This document shows positions 10,850 to 25,274 of a stretch of 63,667 nt of DNA, in pieces. The DNA lies in assembly GCA_016748015.1 (NCBI GenBank), contig JAAOMT010000479.1, positions 647,824-711,490 on the forward strand, in the 5' to 3' direction. Under the pieces are notes generated by a model. It did not search any database and was not told the origin of the DNA. It saw only the letters and a list, made by a program, of their open reading frames with translations. This DNA comes from Geosiphon pyriformis uo1. Taxonomy: Eukaryota; Fungi; Glomeromycota. Within the stretch, counting starts at the first letter, position 1. Every line of letters begins with the position of its first letter. Made by a program: the position numbers and the translations under genes.

Positions 10850-13600
10850 TTATAAACTTCCACAGAGTTATATTAAAGCCAATTAAATAAAAAAATATTA
10901 AATTAATAAGAATAAATACATAAAATATGTTATTTAAAAAAAAAAATAAGAATTCATTTTTAATTAAAGGTTTAATATTAAACACATTATTATTTACTAA
11001 GTTTACTAATAATAAGAATAAATAACCAATGTTTAATCAAGTACATAAAATAAAAGAGATTAAAAATTTTAACATTTTTAATAGCTTAAATTAAAACCAA
11101 GTTAATAAAAAAAAGCAGTTTATTAATAAAAACTAACTTATAGTCAATTATATATATGTAAAATTTATTTGTGATATAAAAAATAAGCAATTTAACAAAG
11201 CAAACTAATATATTAAAATAATACCAAAAAAATACATAATTACAATTATAAAAACTAAATTAAAAAATCTATTAAATTATAAATTAAACCAAATTTTCAA
11301 ATGTAAAAATTTTTATATTTAAATTAAATAAAAGTTTTATAGGTAAAAAATAACAATACTTAATATTAATTTAACCAAACATATTAAGCAAAAAATATTT
11401 AATAAACTTTTAAATATTAAATTTTTATTTAAAATTAAGATAAATATATTAATTAAAAGTTTATATATATAAAAATATTAATAAAAACAAAGTAAATTAA
11501 ACATTATTTATTAATAAATTCATTTTTAAAACTGTTAATAAATACACATATATTGTAATTAATATAAATTTTAATAAAAAAATTAGTTAATAATTATTTG
11601 TAAAATAAAATTTAAATACAAAATTAAACTTAAAATAATTTTAAAAGAATTAAATTATATTTTTTTAATAATAAGTTATTTAACTTAATATTAATATATA
11701 TATATTGTTAATATATTAAAATTTTTTACTATTAATTATAAAATAATTTATATAAAAATTAAAATAAGTAATTTAATAGATTATAAATTATTAACAAAAT
11801 ATAAATATACAAATAAAATAAATAAAAGTTTAATTTTAAGAAAATTATTAATTTTTATAAAACAATTTCAAAAATAATAATTTACAAACTAAATTATATA
11901 ATTTAAAATTCAATTAGATTAAAAAATTTACTAATTTGAATAATATATAATATTAACCAAAAAAAGCTTTAAAAAATATGATATTAAAAATTAAATAATA
12001 AGTTCTACAAAAAAATTTTTTTTTTTTATTATGCTTTATGAATGAGGTCCAAATGCTACCTAGTCAAAAAATTTTTATGCTATATAAACTAAATATATAT
12101 ATATATTAAAATTTTTGGAATTTAATAAAACATAATACTTAAATATTTTAAAAAAACAAAAAAAATTAGATTTTAATATTAAAAAAACAATAAAAATAAA
12201 AAATGTAAATTTTTATACTTTAATATTTAAATTAAAATAAAAAAATACAAATCATTAATCAGAAAATTGTTTATTACAAATAAAATTATATTATAAAAAT
12301 TTTTTTTATGTTTTAATAAAGTGTTAACTATAACATAAAATTCAAAAAAAACTATTTAAAAAAGTTATTTTAAATTATTTAATTTACTATAAAAAATTAA
12401 TAATTAACTTTAATAAATAATAAACAAACTTAACAAAATTATAATAAATTAAATTAAACAAAAAAAAATTTGAAATTATTAATAAACTATTAAAATATTT
12501 AATAAATTATAAAAATGTTATTTTTTTATTAGTTTAATAAATAAAATCTATTTATTATTTATTATAATACAATTATAAAAAATTTTAAAATAAATATAAT
12601 ATATATATATATATATATTATATAATTAATTATTTAAAATAATTAAAATTATACTAAATATTTATAAAATTTAAAACATTAACAAATTTATAAAAACTAA
12701 TAAAAAGCAATTAGAAATCAAACCAAAACAAACTAATTGATTTTAAAGAAAGTCCAAATTATAAACAAAATTTTACAAACCAAAAACTATTAAATTATAT
12801 ATATTAATTAAAATAAAATGATTAATAATAATTAAACTTTATTTTTTATACTTAATTTTAAGCTTAAGATTTAGAAATCAAATATTTTTTGTAATATATA
12901 ACCAAATTTTAAACAAGATTTACAATACAAAAATTAGTCTTAATCATATTTTTTTAATGCTAAATATAACTTAATAATTAATTCTTAAAAATAAAATTTT
13001 TAATAATATTATTATATAATATTTAAAAAACTAGTAAATACACAATTAATTTGTCTAATACATTAATTTATTAATATAATAAACAGTAATAATTACTATT
13101 TTTTTAATAAAATTAAAAGAACAAAAAAAAATAATTAAAGTTTTTTATTAAATTATAATAAATACAATTTATATTAGAATACTTAAAATTATAAAACTTT
13201 TTTTCATAAAAATTAACAATTATTTATAAAATATTTTTATAAAATAAGTATAAAAACTAATTAAATAAAAATTAAAAATTAAAAATTTATTTAAATGTCA
13301 AATTAAAACAGTTTTTATTAAATTAAAATTTTTTGTTAAAAATTTATTTACAAATTTAAAAACACATTCAATTTTTTAATCAACAAAATTTATTGAATTA
13401 AATAATTATTTTATAAAATAATAAGTATTTTTAAAACTATTTTATTATTAACCAAATTATTGATGTAATTATTAATTTGATTATTAATTTTTTTTGAAAA
13501 TAAATAAATAAAACTTCTTAAAGCTTTAAAAAAACATTTATACTTAAATTATATACAGATTAATACAACAATATTAATATTTTATTTTTTTTTTACTATT
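10850..13600. other. Extremely AT-rich eroded sequence, probably relic repeats
   Basis: Almost no G/C and no ORFs; borders the transposon block. Similar tracts occur at 42150-42460, 45660-46080 and 55110-55480. Confidence 0.6.
12021..12065 (-). mobile_element. Severely 5'-truncated LINE-family 3' tail insertion (~45 bp with poly-A)
   Basis: The reverse complement CTAGGTAGCATTTGGACCTCATTCATAAAGCATAATAAAAAAA resembles the LINE 3' ends in this window. Flanked by the AAAAAATTTTT duplication (12010-12020 / 12066-12076). Confidence 0.6.
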
Positions 13601-15090
13601 TTTTTTACTTTTTTTTCTTAATTTATATAATTGTTAGTTTTTAAAGAGTATAAAAATTTCTTTTTCTCTTTTATTTTAAATTCCCAAAAAAGAGCTTAAA
13701 ATACTTGAAAAAAGTTTTTTCTGTTTTTTACTTTTGAATTTATTACTATTTCTCAAGAAACAAATCTTTTTGTTGAACTGACTGCCACTATGAGTAGTTT
13801 TGTTGCTAAAAAGAGGCCAGTCAGAGTTGTAGTCTTAAGTTTAATTAATAGAAATTTGACTTAAAGTGAATCTAAGTTTTAAAAAGTCAAAAAAGACTGC
13901 TAAACAGTTTGCTAGAATAAATACAGATGACAATATTAGTAATAAAAATAAAATCCAGTTGGACTTAAAAACAAATATTCCTAAGACCAAATAGATCAAT
14001 ACTGGTAACATAATTGGCTTCCCAATCAGTTCTTTTGATCTATAATATGAATAATGATAAAGAAGTTTTTCTCTTTTCCTGTCTTTCTATTTCTCTAGAT
14101 AAAAAATAGATTGATTTCAAAATTGTTAAGACTTAAGTTAAAGTTGTAGTTAAAAAATTATTTGTTTTGAATATTAATTTTTTGGAAGTAAAAAGTAATT
14201 TGGTAATAGCAAAAACACAAATAATCAAGAAAATTTTTTCAGTTGTTGATAGTTTTGGAAAGATCACTACTCCCTTAAAATTTGAAAAGATTATTCAATC
14301 TATCTTTATTTCTGAAGAAAGTATAAAAAAGGCCATATTATTAACCAAAAAAAAAGGAATTGTCATAAACAATAATATAAAAAAACAAGGAATGCATTAA
14401 AATTAGGCTGTAATTATTAAAAAAATTCTTATGAATATGCCAAAGAAAATAATTATTGCTGCAGTTGTTATATTTGGTCAGATTAAGTTGATTAAAATTT
14501 AACTAATTGGTATGTGGCAAAAGGTTGTAGTAGAATTCACTGAATTGGGTTAGGTTAAACAGCTTGTTTCTAAATAGTCATTCCTAATTGAAAAAAATTC
14601 AGTGCATGTAATTATGGTTGTGAAAGATTACAATACTTGAACATCTAAGGATTAATTCAAAATGCTTTTGTTTATATTGTCTGTAAAAATAACAGCTTAT
14701 GATCTTGGTACTTTTTTGGAAGAGGCTGATAGAAAAACCTGTATTATCAATAACTCATTGAAATCTGGTAACTGAGTTTACTATGTAGTGGTTGGTTTTG
14801 AATCTGATAAGAAATTGAAATCTGTATTTTGCACTAAGCTAATTTTTGGTGATGTTAATTCTTTTTGGACAAGAATGGATTTGGTTTGATGTAAAAAGTG
14901 TAAGAAGTTTGGTTATTCTGCTTTGAAATATAATACATTAACTGCATCTACTTCTAAGCTTGTAAAATTTTTTAAAAAAACTATTTTAGTTAAAAATTGT
15001 CTCTAATTGATGAGATTATATGTAAAGAAAAGTATTTTAATCTTTTATTTAGCTGTTTTTAGTGGCAAATTATGGGATTATAAAACATAT
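13600..15090 (+). mobile_element. LINE copy A, degenerate ORF1 (5' boundary approximate)
   Basis: Decayed ORF1: VIIKKI.MNMPK..IGMWQKVVVEF..KTCIIN.SL..C(K)KC(K)KFG(Y)SAL zinc knuckle..FSGKLW. Homologous to ORF1 of LINE copy C. Confidence 0.7.
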
Positions 15091-16053
15091 TATTACTTAT
15101 ATAAAGAAAGAAAACTAAAAAAACAGATAAAAAAATAGATCAATAAGAGAATAGTACTTAATACATAAGCACAATATCAGAAAACTATGATATTTTGTTT
15201 AGTAATGTGCATATTGTTAGCAAATTAGAGCATACTATTTAACAATATGAACAATAGTAGTAAATTAGAGCATACTGCTTAGCAATATTAGTAAATTAGT
15301 GCACATTGCTTAAAAAAATATGAAATTTCATAAAACAATAAATATATATATATAGTGTGAGTGTTAGAAAACAGAAAAAGACAGAATTCATCTTAGAATC
15401 CAGTTTAAAATCAGTTAATTATTCACTATCTCTCCTTTTAAAAGGTAGTTTTTTATAACTTGAAGTGAAATCCAATCACATATCAATAAAATATCAATTA
15501 TTACCTAAATTTATGTTATTGTCATTAATTAAAGAATATTAAATTGCTTATATTTTATTAACACTTCATGTTGATAAAATTCAATACTTAATCATATTGA
15601 ACCAATAGCTCTTAATTATGGCTATTAACAGAATAATAATTTCTTAATTTTTTTTAAATTTTTTTTTATTTTTTTTATTTTTTTATTTTTTTTGTTTGTT
15701 TTGTTGATTTACTAATGAATTAAAGAGATTAAATATTGAGTATTTTAATGTTAAGAATAATCTAGTAAAAAATCCAGAAATAAGAATATAGAACTTGAAA
15801 ATTAAAAATAGCTTACCAAAAAGACATAACTGTCAAAATAAACCAGCCATCACACTAAAGAAAAAAATTAATGGAATAATTATTCTAAGAGACTACTAAA
15901 ACAACCATTAAATCTCTGTTTATTATACAAAAGACTTAACTTAAAACCTTTAGATTATGAAAATTTTTAAATATTACCAACACCATCCAGCTATTAAGCA
16001 CTAAGTTATGAGTTTGTTATTTGTACTAATATTCTAAATAATTACTTGTAACA
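15091..16053 (+). repeat. 5' LTR, family A
   Basis: T(G>A)TTAC...TGTAACA termini, followed by the decayed PBS TTTAGTGTTCTCTG. Confidence 0.8.
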
Positions 16054-18869
16054 TTTAGTGTTCTCTGTAAAATATAATTCAGCAGAAAACTAGCACTAAG
16101 AACAATTACCTGAAAAAATAGCAGACCAAAAAAGTATAAAAGAAAATTATTTAGGATTTGTAAAATTCTTATTTTAACATTATCAAAGTTATTTTGGATT
16201 AACAAATAACAACTGGCCAGCTGAATCAGTTTTTAATTTTTACATTAACAAAAAAATCAAATTCTACTTAGGAGCCCAAGGAAATTTAGAAGCCATTCTC
16301 AACAACTTTAATAGTAAATTATTTCAAAGCACAATACTTCTATCAAATCATTTGTTTGTATTAACAATTACAAAAATAAATAGAAAAATTAGAAAATACA
16401 TTTAACAGAGATTTTTTATTATCTTTGCAGACAAAGAAAAATTATAAACACCAGCAGAAACATCAAAAAAAATACAACTATCTACTTGAAAAAAACCAAA
16501 AGTTGTTTTATCTATTTATCTATTATGCTATTATACACCAAGAAGTACTATCAACATAACATTAGTAAGTGCATTTACATCAATTGCAAAACCACCATTA
16601 ACCAGAATTCTATTTCAAAGTAAACAAAAAAAAGCTAAACTATTGAAAACCTATGGTAAGTATTTTGAGAGATTTAATTTATGACCAAACACACCATCAA
16701 AACTTCAATTACCACCATCACAACCAGATTTTGAAGCTACCAGTTCTTGGAAAATAACCAACTCTGAAGAAAAAAAAGACAACAATCAGAAAAATAATAA
16801 CCAAAACCCAATTATAAAAAACCCAATAATTTAAACTCCAATTGTTTAGGCTCAGCAAAACCTGAATAATCTAAATCTTACCTCTATTGTTCTCTAATAC
16901 TTACCTTCAGTAATTATAATCAATTCACTACTAGTTACACTACTGTTACAACAATTATTTTAACTATAACTATAATAACAATTGATTGTAGCATTAATAA
17001 CATATGTACTAATTACCAAATTAGAAAAATTTAATGATAAAAAAGACAATATTCAAGTTTGATTAAATGATATTACTAAAACTATCACTACCAATAATTG
17101 GGACAATGCTAAAGCTCTTTAAGCCATCTCATATTTTTTTTAAGATACTGCCAATTTATGGTATTAAAGCTTAATCCAGAAATCTCAAATCTTCAACAAA
17201 TTTAAAACTGAATTTTTAAAATACTTTAACAATAATAACAATATTAATTGCTTGACAATAACATTTACCACTATCAAACAAAGCAATGCTAAAGCAGTCA
17301 CTACTTACCTAGGACATTTTTATAAAAATTTATGTCAAATTTAAGCCATTAACACTAATTACTTTATAGTATCACAAATTCTGAATCAGTTTATTCATGG
17401 TCTATATAGTAATCTTCTACAATATATATGCTGTTACTTATAGAAATTAAAAGTATTATAATTAGAAGAATAGCCAATCAAAAGTAAGCATAGTAACAGA
17501 GGAATTCCAGAATTCCTTTAAAGGAATTGCAGGATTCTAAAATTCCAGAATTTCAGAATTTTTCACAAAGAATTGCAAGATTTTAGAATTCCAGAATTCT
17601 AGGATTTCTCTAAAAAAATTACAAAATTTCAGAAATCTTGTATAACATCAACTATATATATATAGCAGTAATATTAGAAGTAAAAAAAGACAGAATCCAG
17701 TTTTAATTAGCATTCTTTTTCTTATTTAAATAACTCTTACTTCACAGATAGTTACTATCAATTAAAGTAAATTCATCAAATTAATTTAATAAAACATACT
17801 TACTATTATTTAAATCCATGTTATTATCATTTGATTGAGAATCTTAATTACTTTTCTATTATCAACATAAAGTATTGATAATATTCAATACTTAATTACA
17901 CTAAAACAATAACTTTTGATTATGGCTATTGATGGAATACTAATTTTTTCTTTTCTTTTATTTTTATTTATTTATTTATCTTTTCTTTGTTATTTTGTTG
18001 CTTTGATTTATTAACTAATTAAAAGATTAACATATAAGATATTGACATTAAAAATAACACTAATAAAAAACCCAAAAATAAAAGTAGACACTTGAAATTA
18101 AAAAAAGCTTACTAAAAAATACTAAACATTAAGCTAAAAAAAAATTAATAGAAGAATCTTCTGGAAGACTATGAACATTAAAGCATACCAACTCAAGAGT
18201 TAAAAAAAAAGATAAAAACATCACAAAAAAATATTACTATTAAATCTTTGTTTATTATACAAAGAACTTAACTAAAACCTTTAGATATAAATAACAACAA
18301 TTATACAAGCTATTGAGTACCAAGTTATGAATTTGTTATTTATTTCAACCACCCAAATAATCACCTGTAACATTTGGTGCTTCCTATAAAATATAATCTA
18401 ACAGAAAACCAACACCAACAACAACTATCCAAAACAGTAACAGAATCAGAAGTAATAGGAACAAATTACTTGAAATTTGCAAAATCCTTATTTCAACAAT
18501 ATCACCAACAGTTAGAATTAACCAGCAATCATTGGCCAGCCAAATCAGCCTTCAATTGTTATGTCAATAACAAGATCACATACTTTCTAAAAGAACCAAC
18601 AGATACTAAATCAGTAAAAAAAAATTTCTACACCAAATTAATTCAATACAACAACTTATTATTAAATTACAACTTTGTTCTTACTATTACTAAAATCAAC
18701 CAAAGAATTGAAAGTTACACCTAACAAAAATTTTCCATTATCTATGCAGACAAAGACAAAAGAAACTACAAACTCTAATAGAAATACCAAGAAGAATACA
18801 ACCACCTACATAGAAGAAACTAAGAATTATTTTATTCATACACTTATCATATTATTATATACTTGGTAG

Positions 18870-19846
18870 TGTTACCAGACGAAATTAGAGATATTATTTA
18901 GCATGAAACTATTCTATAATTCCTATCATTAATTAGCATATATTATCGTTTCAAATTATCACTTATTACATTAGCAAAAAATGTCCGAAATTATCATTTA
19001 ATTAATAACCCAAATTGTACACAACACAAATGTAACCTAATTGCAATGATCAATCATGCAATACCCCGAACTATGTAACATTCAGAAGTTCACCGAAATT
19101 TGTAGAAATTTGCCAAAATAATTGATAGTTCACCAAAATATCTAATAGTTTGCTGAAATAACTTGTAGTTCGCCGAAATGTATCTTTAGTTCAGCAAAAT
19201 TGTAGAAAATAGCAAAGTTCAAGTTCATAGAATAGTGTTACAACAAGTTGTATAAAAAAAGAGCTTTTCTCTTCGAAAAAATGTATCTTATTTTAGATTT
19301 ATCTCTTAAAACCATTCCTATACACACAAAAAGAAATAAATATCAAATAATTCGAAAAACCAAATTCTTTAATTATTGTACTTGGAAAATCTCCAAAACC
19401 CAACTAACATTTCGAAATTGATTAGCTACCAATTTCAGTAAACTGTTAGTGACTCCAGGCCTGGATAGAAAATGTTTCCCTTGATAAGATCCTATTTCTT
19501 TTACACTTCTTTTATTTTTCTTTCTTTTCTTATTACAATCAGGGTAGCCTACAGACAAGATTCCTGTAGAAGAGTTGACTTTCACAGCAAAATAACTACA
19601 CATTTTTAGTGAGCTTCCAGATGAGCAATTTCTGGGAAAGAGTTGATGTTTACTACAACGTAACTACATAAAGCAACTGGCACGGAATTGGCCATTCCAC
19701 TCATAAGCCCAGCAAGTTCAAATTATAGGAGATAATTTGAAGATAAATTCAGTTACTGGAGGTTAAACCACATCCAGAAAACGTGAATTCACAGCAAATA
19801 AGTATCAACAACATTACAGAAAAGAGACCAAAAACCTCCGGTAACA
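18870..19846 (+). repeat. Solo LTR, family B, TSD GTAG
   Basis: TGTTACC...GGTAACA termini; GTAG on both sides; near-identical to 58599-59575. The interrupted gag frame resumes across it. Confidence 0.93.
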
Positions 19847-22800
19847 GTAGTATTATCAATATATTATCAGGAATTGTATCATCATTAGCAAAAATACTAT
19901 TAGCAAGAATAACATTCCAAAGCCAACAAAAAAAACCGATTTATTAAGAACTTATAACAATTTCTTTGAAGAATTTAAATCATAATCACTAATACCATCA
20001 AAATTTTAATTACTATTATCTCAACCCAATTTTGCTGCTAATTCTTGGAAAAAAACTGACTCAGAAAAGGAGAAAAATAAGGATCAAGAATTTAATTACC
20101 AAAACCTAATTCTAAAAAACCCAGAAATCTAAACTCTAATTATTCCAATTCAGCAAAATCAGAACAATTCAAACACTACTTCTATTGTTCCTCAAAACTT
20201 ATTTTCAGTAATTGTAATTAATCTATTACCAGTTGTACTAATCACAAAACTGCAACAACAGCTGCAACCATCACTCCAACAACAACTTCAACAACTGATC
20301 ATAGTAACAATAACATATGTACTAATTACCAAATTAAAAAAATTTAATAGCAAAGAAGACAATGCCCAAGTATGACTAAATGATATTGTAAAGACAATTA
20401 CTGCTAATAATTGGGATAATGCCAAAGTTCTACAAGTCATTTCATATTTTTTACAAGATACTGCTAATTCATGATATCAAAGCTTGATTAACAAACTCAT
20501 TATCTTTGATGCATTTAAAAATAAATTTTTAAAATATTTTAGTAATAATAACAGTATTAATTATTTAGCAAATACTTTTACTACTATCAAACAAGAAGAT
20601 ATTGAAGCTGTTATCACTTATTTGGGATGTTTTTATTGAAATTTGTGACAAATACAAGCCATTGATGTGAATTATTTTACTGTGCCACAAATCTTAAACC
20701 AATTTATTTGTGGTCTATACAGTAGTTTTCTATAACATATATGTTCACTAGATTTACAAACACTCTAAGATGTAGTCATCCACACCAGAGATTTCAAATT
20801 GGCTGAGCTGAAAGTTAATTATACTCAAGTCATCAATTTAATAATAAATAGATTATCTGACTTGAACTTCAAGTTGAAACAATTTAGTGATTCTATTAAC
20901 CAAAAATTAGAGGAATACTTAGCTAACAATCAAGCAATATATCAATCTTCATAATGTTACAACAATCCAGAAACCTTTAATCAGTTCCAAAATCAGTCAT
21001 GTCTCTTTTCATCATCAATGCATTAATTATGAGTGCAAAAAACATGTATATGCCACAATTGTAATAAACAAAGTTATTTAAGAACTGATTGTTATACCAG
21101 AATTAATAATTAATAATTGGAAAATTAATATCAAAACCCCAATCTCTAATTTCATATTCCAAATTATCAACTAAATCAAGGATCATATTAACTTTATTAT
21201 ACACCAATAATGCAACAAGCAATATACTTACCACCAATTTATCAGTTTTTAACACCAGTAATATATCAACTACAGTTACAGGTCATCTATTAATCTCAAT
21301 TATTTCAAACATTACCACAAAATTCAGTTCAAATAACACCCAGAAACCAGACACCAAGAATTACCCATACCCAACAAAATTAGAAATCAGTAATAGTTAT
21401 GCACTAACTAATTTCCAGTTCATCAAGTCAACTATCAAAATCATGCCAGTGGAATTTGGAAACTGGGTACAACCAAAACCCAAATTTTCAGAACTATTTA
21501 AGTTTTTTGGTATTTTCAAAAATCACCACACTTAATTCATTGGAATCCAATCAAACCCAACTACTTATTAATAATATTCTACTGGCAACTATTACAGAAA
21601 ATAAATTGCTTACTGCAATATTCCTTTTTGAAATAGAAGCACTATTATTCAGTAAAGCTGCTTTTAACACAAAACCAATTACCATAATATACACTAATGC
21701 TAAAGTTAATAGCCATCCTATCAAGCTAATTCTTAATAGTAAGTCAGCAGATAACATCATTACATGACAACTCATGGATCAATTAGTGACTGAGTTGATT
21801 ATATTGCCAGCATTAGAATTATTACAGCAGATAAAACAACAAAGATTTTAATTGGCAAAATCAATAACTTTCTATTTGAAGTCAATAGTATCACAACATC
21901 TATCAAAGTTTTTATTATAGAAGCCACCTAGTATTAAGCACTAGTTGATAATGACTAGCTGTTTAAAACAAATACAATACTTGATTAGACTATACAAGAA
22001 CTACAGCTCAGCCAGAATGGTTAACATATTCAAGTATCTGCCACATACAGACACTTTAAACCAAACAACAATTCAGCACTACTAATTAAATTTAGGAAAG
22101 AAAAAAACAAATTTACCTAGGAAGCTTACCAAGTTTCCTGGGCCGAAAAAAAACACAATAAATTACCATTCATACTTAGCTGGAAAAAAAAGAGAAAAAG
22201 AAAGGAAAGAGAAAAAGAAATGGTCCAAACAACTATCTTTACATATACCCTATATATTACTACCAATCAAAGACAATTAACTTATTGTTAACCCAAATTA
22301 ATTAGTGTTGATTGTGACAAAAAATTGTTAACAATAAAGAATAGCCAATAGCAACCAAATATTATTGTTACTCATGTATTCTAAAAAAGTTTGAACAACT
22401 TAAGCAATAGAAAAAATGAAATAACAAGCCTTGTTTCACATGTGGAATGATTTTTCTTGATGAAAAAATATAGAACAACATTTTTGAATAAAAAGAAATA
22501 TGTAACAAAATATGTTAATACATGATTTTAATTAACAATTGGATATAAAAAGGGACTTCAATCAATAATGCCTGAAAACAAGCATTGAAACATTTGGAAA
22601 ACTATTCACATAATGAACACAAGATCTGAAGAATAATGAGTGCTAAAGTTAAAAATATTATATTTAGTAAACTACTAAAAATCAAAAACAACTCACTATT
22701 TCTTTTTGAATCTAAATATGTCCTAAACTTCAACATCTTTAATAATGTTAAAAATGATTTAGAACAATTCCATAAATATTATCAGAATCTAACACTGACA

Positions 22801-24516
22801 AGAAAAAAACAAGAACAATAGTTAAAAGAGCTAAACATCCAACTATGTGACTATTGTTTAATACCATGTGATTTCAAGTATTATAATAAGTATGATTTTA
22901 TCTACAATCTATCATCATACATAATCTATTTGATTCTTAAAAAAAAAAAGCCAATCAACAAATGTGCAGCAGAATTGGAATTGAAATTCAAGTCTGATTC
23001 AAATTTCAATAATAACAACAACAACAGTTTTAACTCTATTTATTATGGCAACAACAATAGCAATTCAAACTCTAATTACAATCTTGAACAATATATTGTA
23101 CTTTCAGATCTATTAATAGAGCAGAAACTGAAATAATTCAGTAATAATAATAAAGATATTATGTTAAAATACATACATAATACCAATACAGAGTTTAATC
23201 TTAGATATCCAGAAAAAACTGTCATTAAATTGGAACTATATTCACATACTAATATAGACCTAAAAATAACACTAGAAGTTTTGATAACAACAATAGTTTA
23301 GTTAGCATCTAAATCTAGTTTAGTAAAAAAAGATTAATATCAGAAGAAAAATAATTAATACAGAATATGTAAAAAATATTATTGCAATATTACAAAATAA
23401 ATCAGAAAAATCATATATAATTCAACCAAACAAAAAAATAGCACAGATAATATTCCTACCTCTAATAAAAATAGCCCAATTAGTTTTAGTAGAAAAAAGG
23501 AAAGAGTTAGAAATTAAAGTAAAAGAAATTAATAGATTTGGATTCATAGGTAAAATAGATATACCAGTCAATATAACAAAGAAAAAAACTATTAATAAAG
23601 AAAAAATTATTTTTACCAATTAATCAGTTTTTATTTTACCATATAACTAGTATATATTAGTAATAGAAAAAAAAGTAAGAGACCAATCTCAGATTTTTGA
23701 AGCAGAACCAACTAATTGTAAATCAAAGAAGATTGAAATTATTAATCTTTACATACCAGCCAAGAACTGTAAACATATCAAAATTTCTATCTACAACACA
23801 ATTAAAAACACCATCAAAATACTAAGCAGTATTATCATCAGATACTTAAGCATTAAAGTTAAAAACCAACCACTAAACACTATTCCAGATTTTTCACAGC
23901 TTTGTAAATACATGAATATTATATTACAAACAATATACAGATAAGAAGAATATTATTTGCTCTAATCAGAACAATTGGATTAAATAAACTTAAGAAACTT
24001 AGACCCACTTCAATATATGTAGTTTAAAATATTACTCAACAATTTTACTGATATTTTTGCCAGTAAAAATAAGTTTGGTAGAACTGATATTATTTAGCAT
24101 CAGATTAAAACTAAAGATATTATGTCAATTAAACAATGAACATACTGAGTACTACCAGCAAGCCATGAAATCATCCAACAGAGAATCAACAAAATGTTGG
24201 ACAATGGATTAATTCAATTATTAATGAGTTTATGGTCATTATTAGTGGTACTAATTCAGAAAAAAAATAGAAAAATCCACTTTTGTGTAAATTACAAAAA
24301 GCTCAACAGTATGACTTGGAAAAACAGCTATTTGACTCCACAAATTCAAAAACTATTCAATGTATTTAAAAAAAAGAAATAATTTTCAACATTAGATCTA
24401 AACAGTAGTTACTAACAAGTAGCCATAAATTCAGTTGACAAAGAGAAACAACATTCACAACCAAAAAAAAAACTTTGAATTTAATGTTATACCATTCAGC
24501 TTAATGAATACTTCAG

Positions 24517-25274
24517 TATTACAGATGATTATTTGGGATCTCAAAGCAAATAACAAACTCATAACTTGGTGTTCAATTGATATAATGATATTGGTTTCTA
24601 AAGATTATTTATATCTAAAGATTTGATTGCCTGAAGGTTTTGGTTAAGTTCTTTGTATAATAGACAGAGATTTACTAGTGTCTTAGTAGCCTTCCAGAAT
24701 TGCAATTCTGTCAAATTTCTTTCTTAGCATGATGGCCAGTAATCTAGCAGAGATGCCCTTCTGGTAAGTTATTCTTGAATTATCAATTTTTATACCCTTT
24801 CTTTTGGAGTCTTTTACCAGACTATTTTTGATGTCAATAACTTAGTGCTTTACTCTTTAATCAATTAGTCAACAATAAGAAATAACAAAATAACATAAAA
24901 AGAAAATAAAAGAAAATAAAAAAATAAGCCAAGGCAATAAATGTTAGTATCCTGTCAATAGCTGTAATCAAAAGCTATTGTTCTAGTATAGTTAAGTATT
25001 AATTACTATCAACATAAAGTATTGATAGTGGAAAATAGATTAAGATAGTGAATAATTATTTATTGATATTTGTAAATGAAAAGATTGCTTAGATCAAATC
25101 TAAACTAAGAGGTCTATCTTTTTTTCTTCTAATACTACCACTATATATACATAATTGAGATTCCTCAATTCCTTAATTCTTCACACTAAAAATCCTAGAA
25201 TTTCATATTTACTACAGCTACTTCTGATTGGCTAATTTATATGCTAATATACTTCTTATATTCTATGAGTAATA
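24517..25274 (-). repeat. Solo LTR, family A, antisense within RT of element 2; TSD TCAG/CCAG
   Basis: Reverse-complement LTR termini. Removing it restores the RT motif F.LMN(A)PA(T)FQRLME. Confidence 0.85.
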
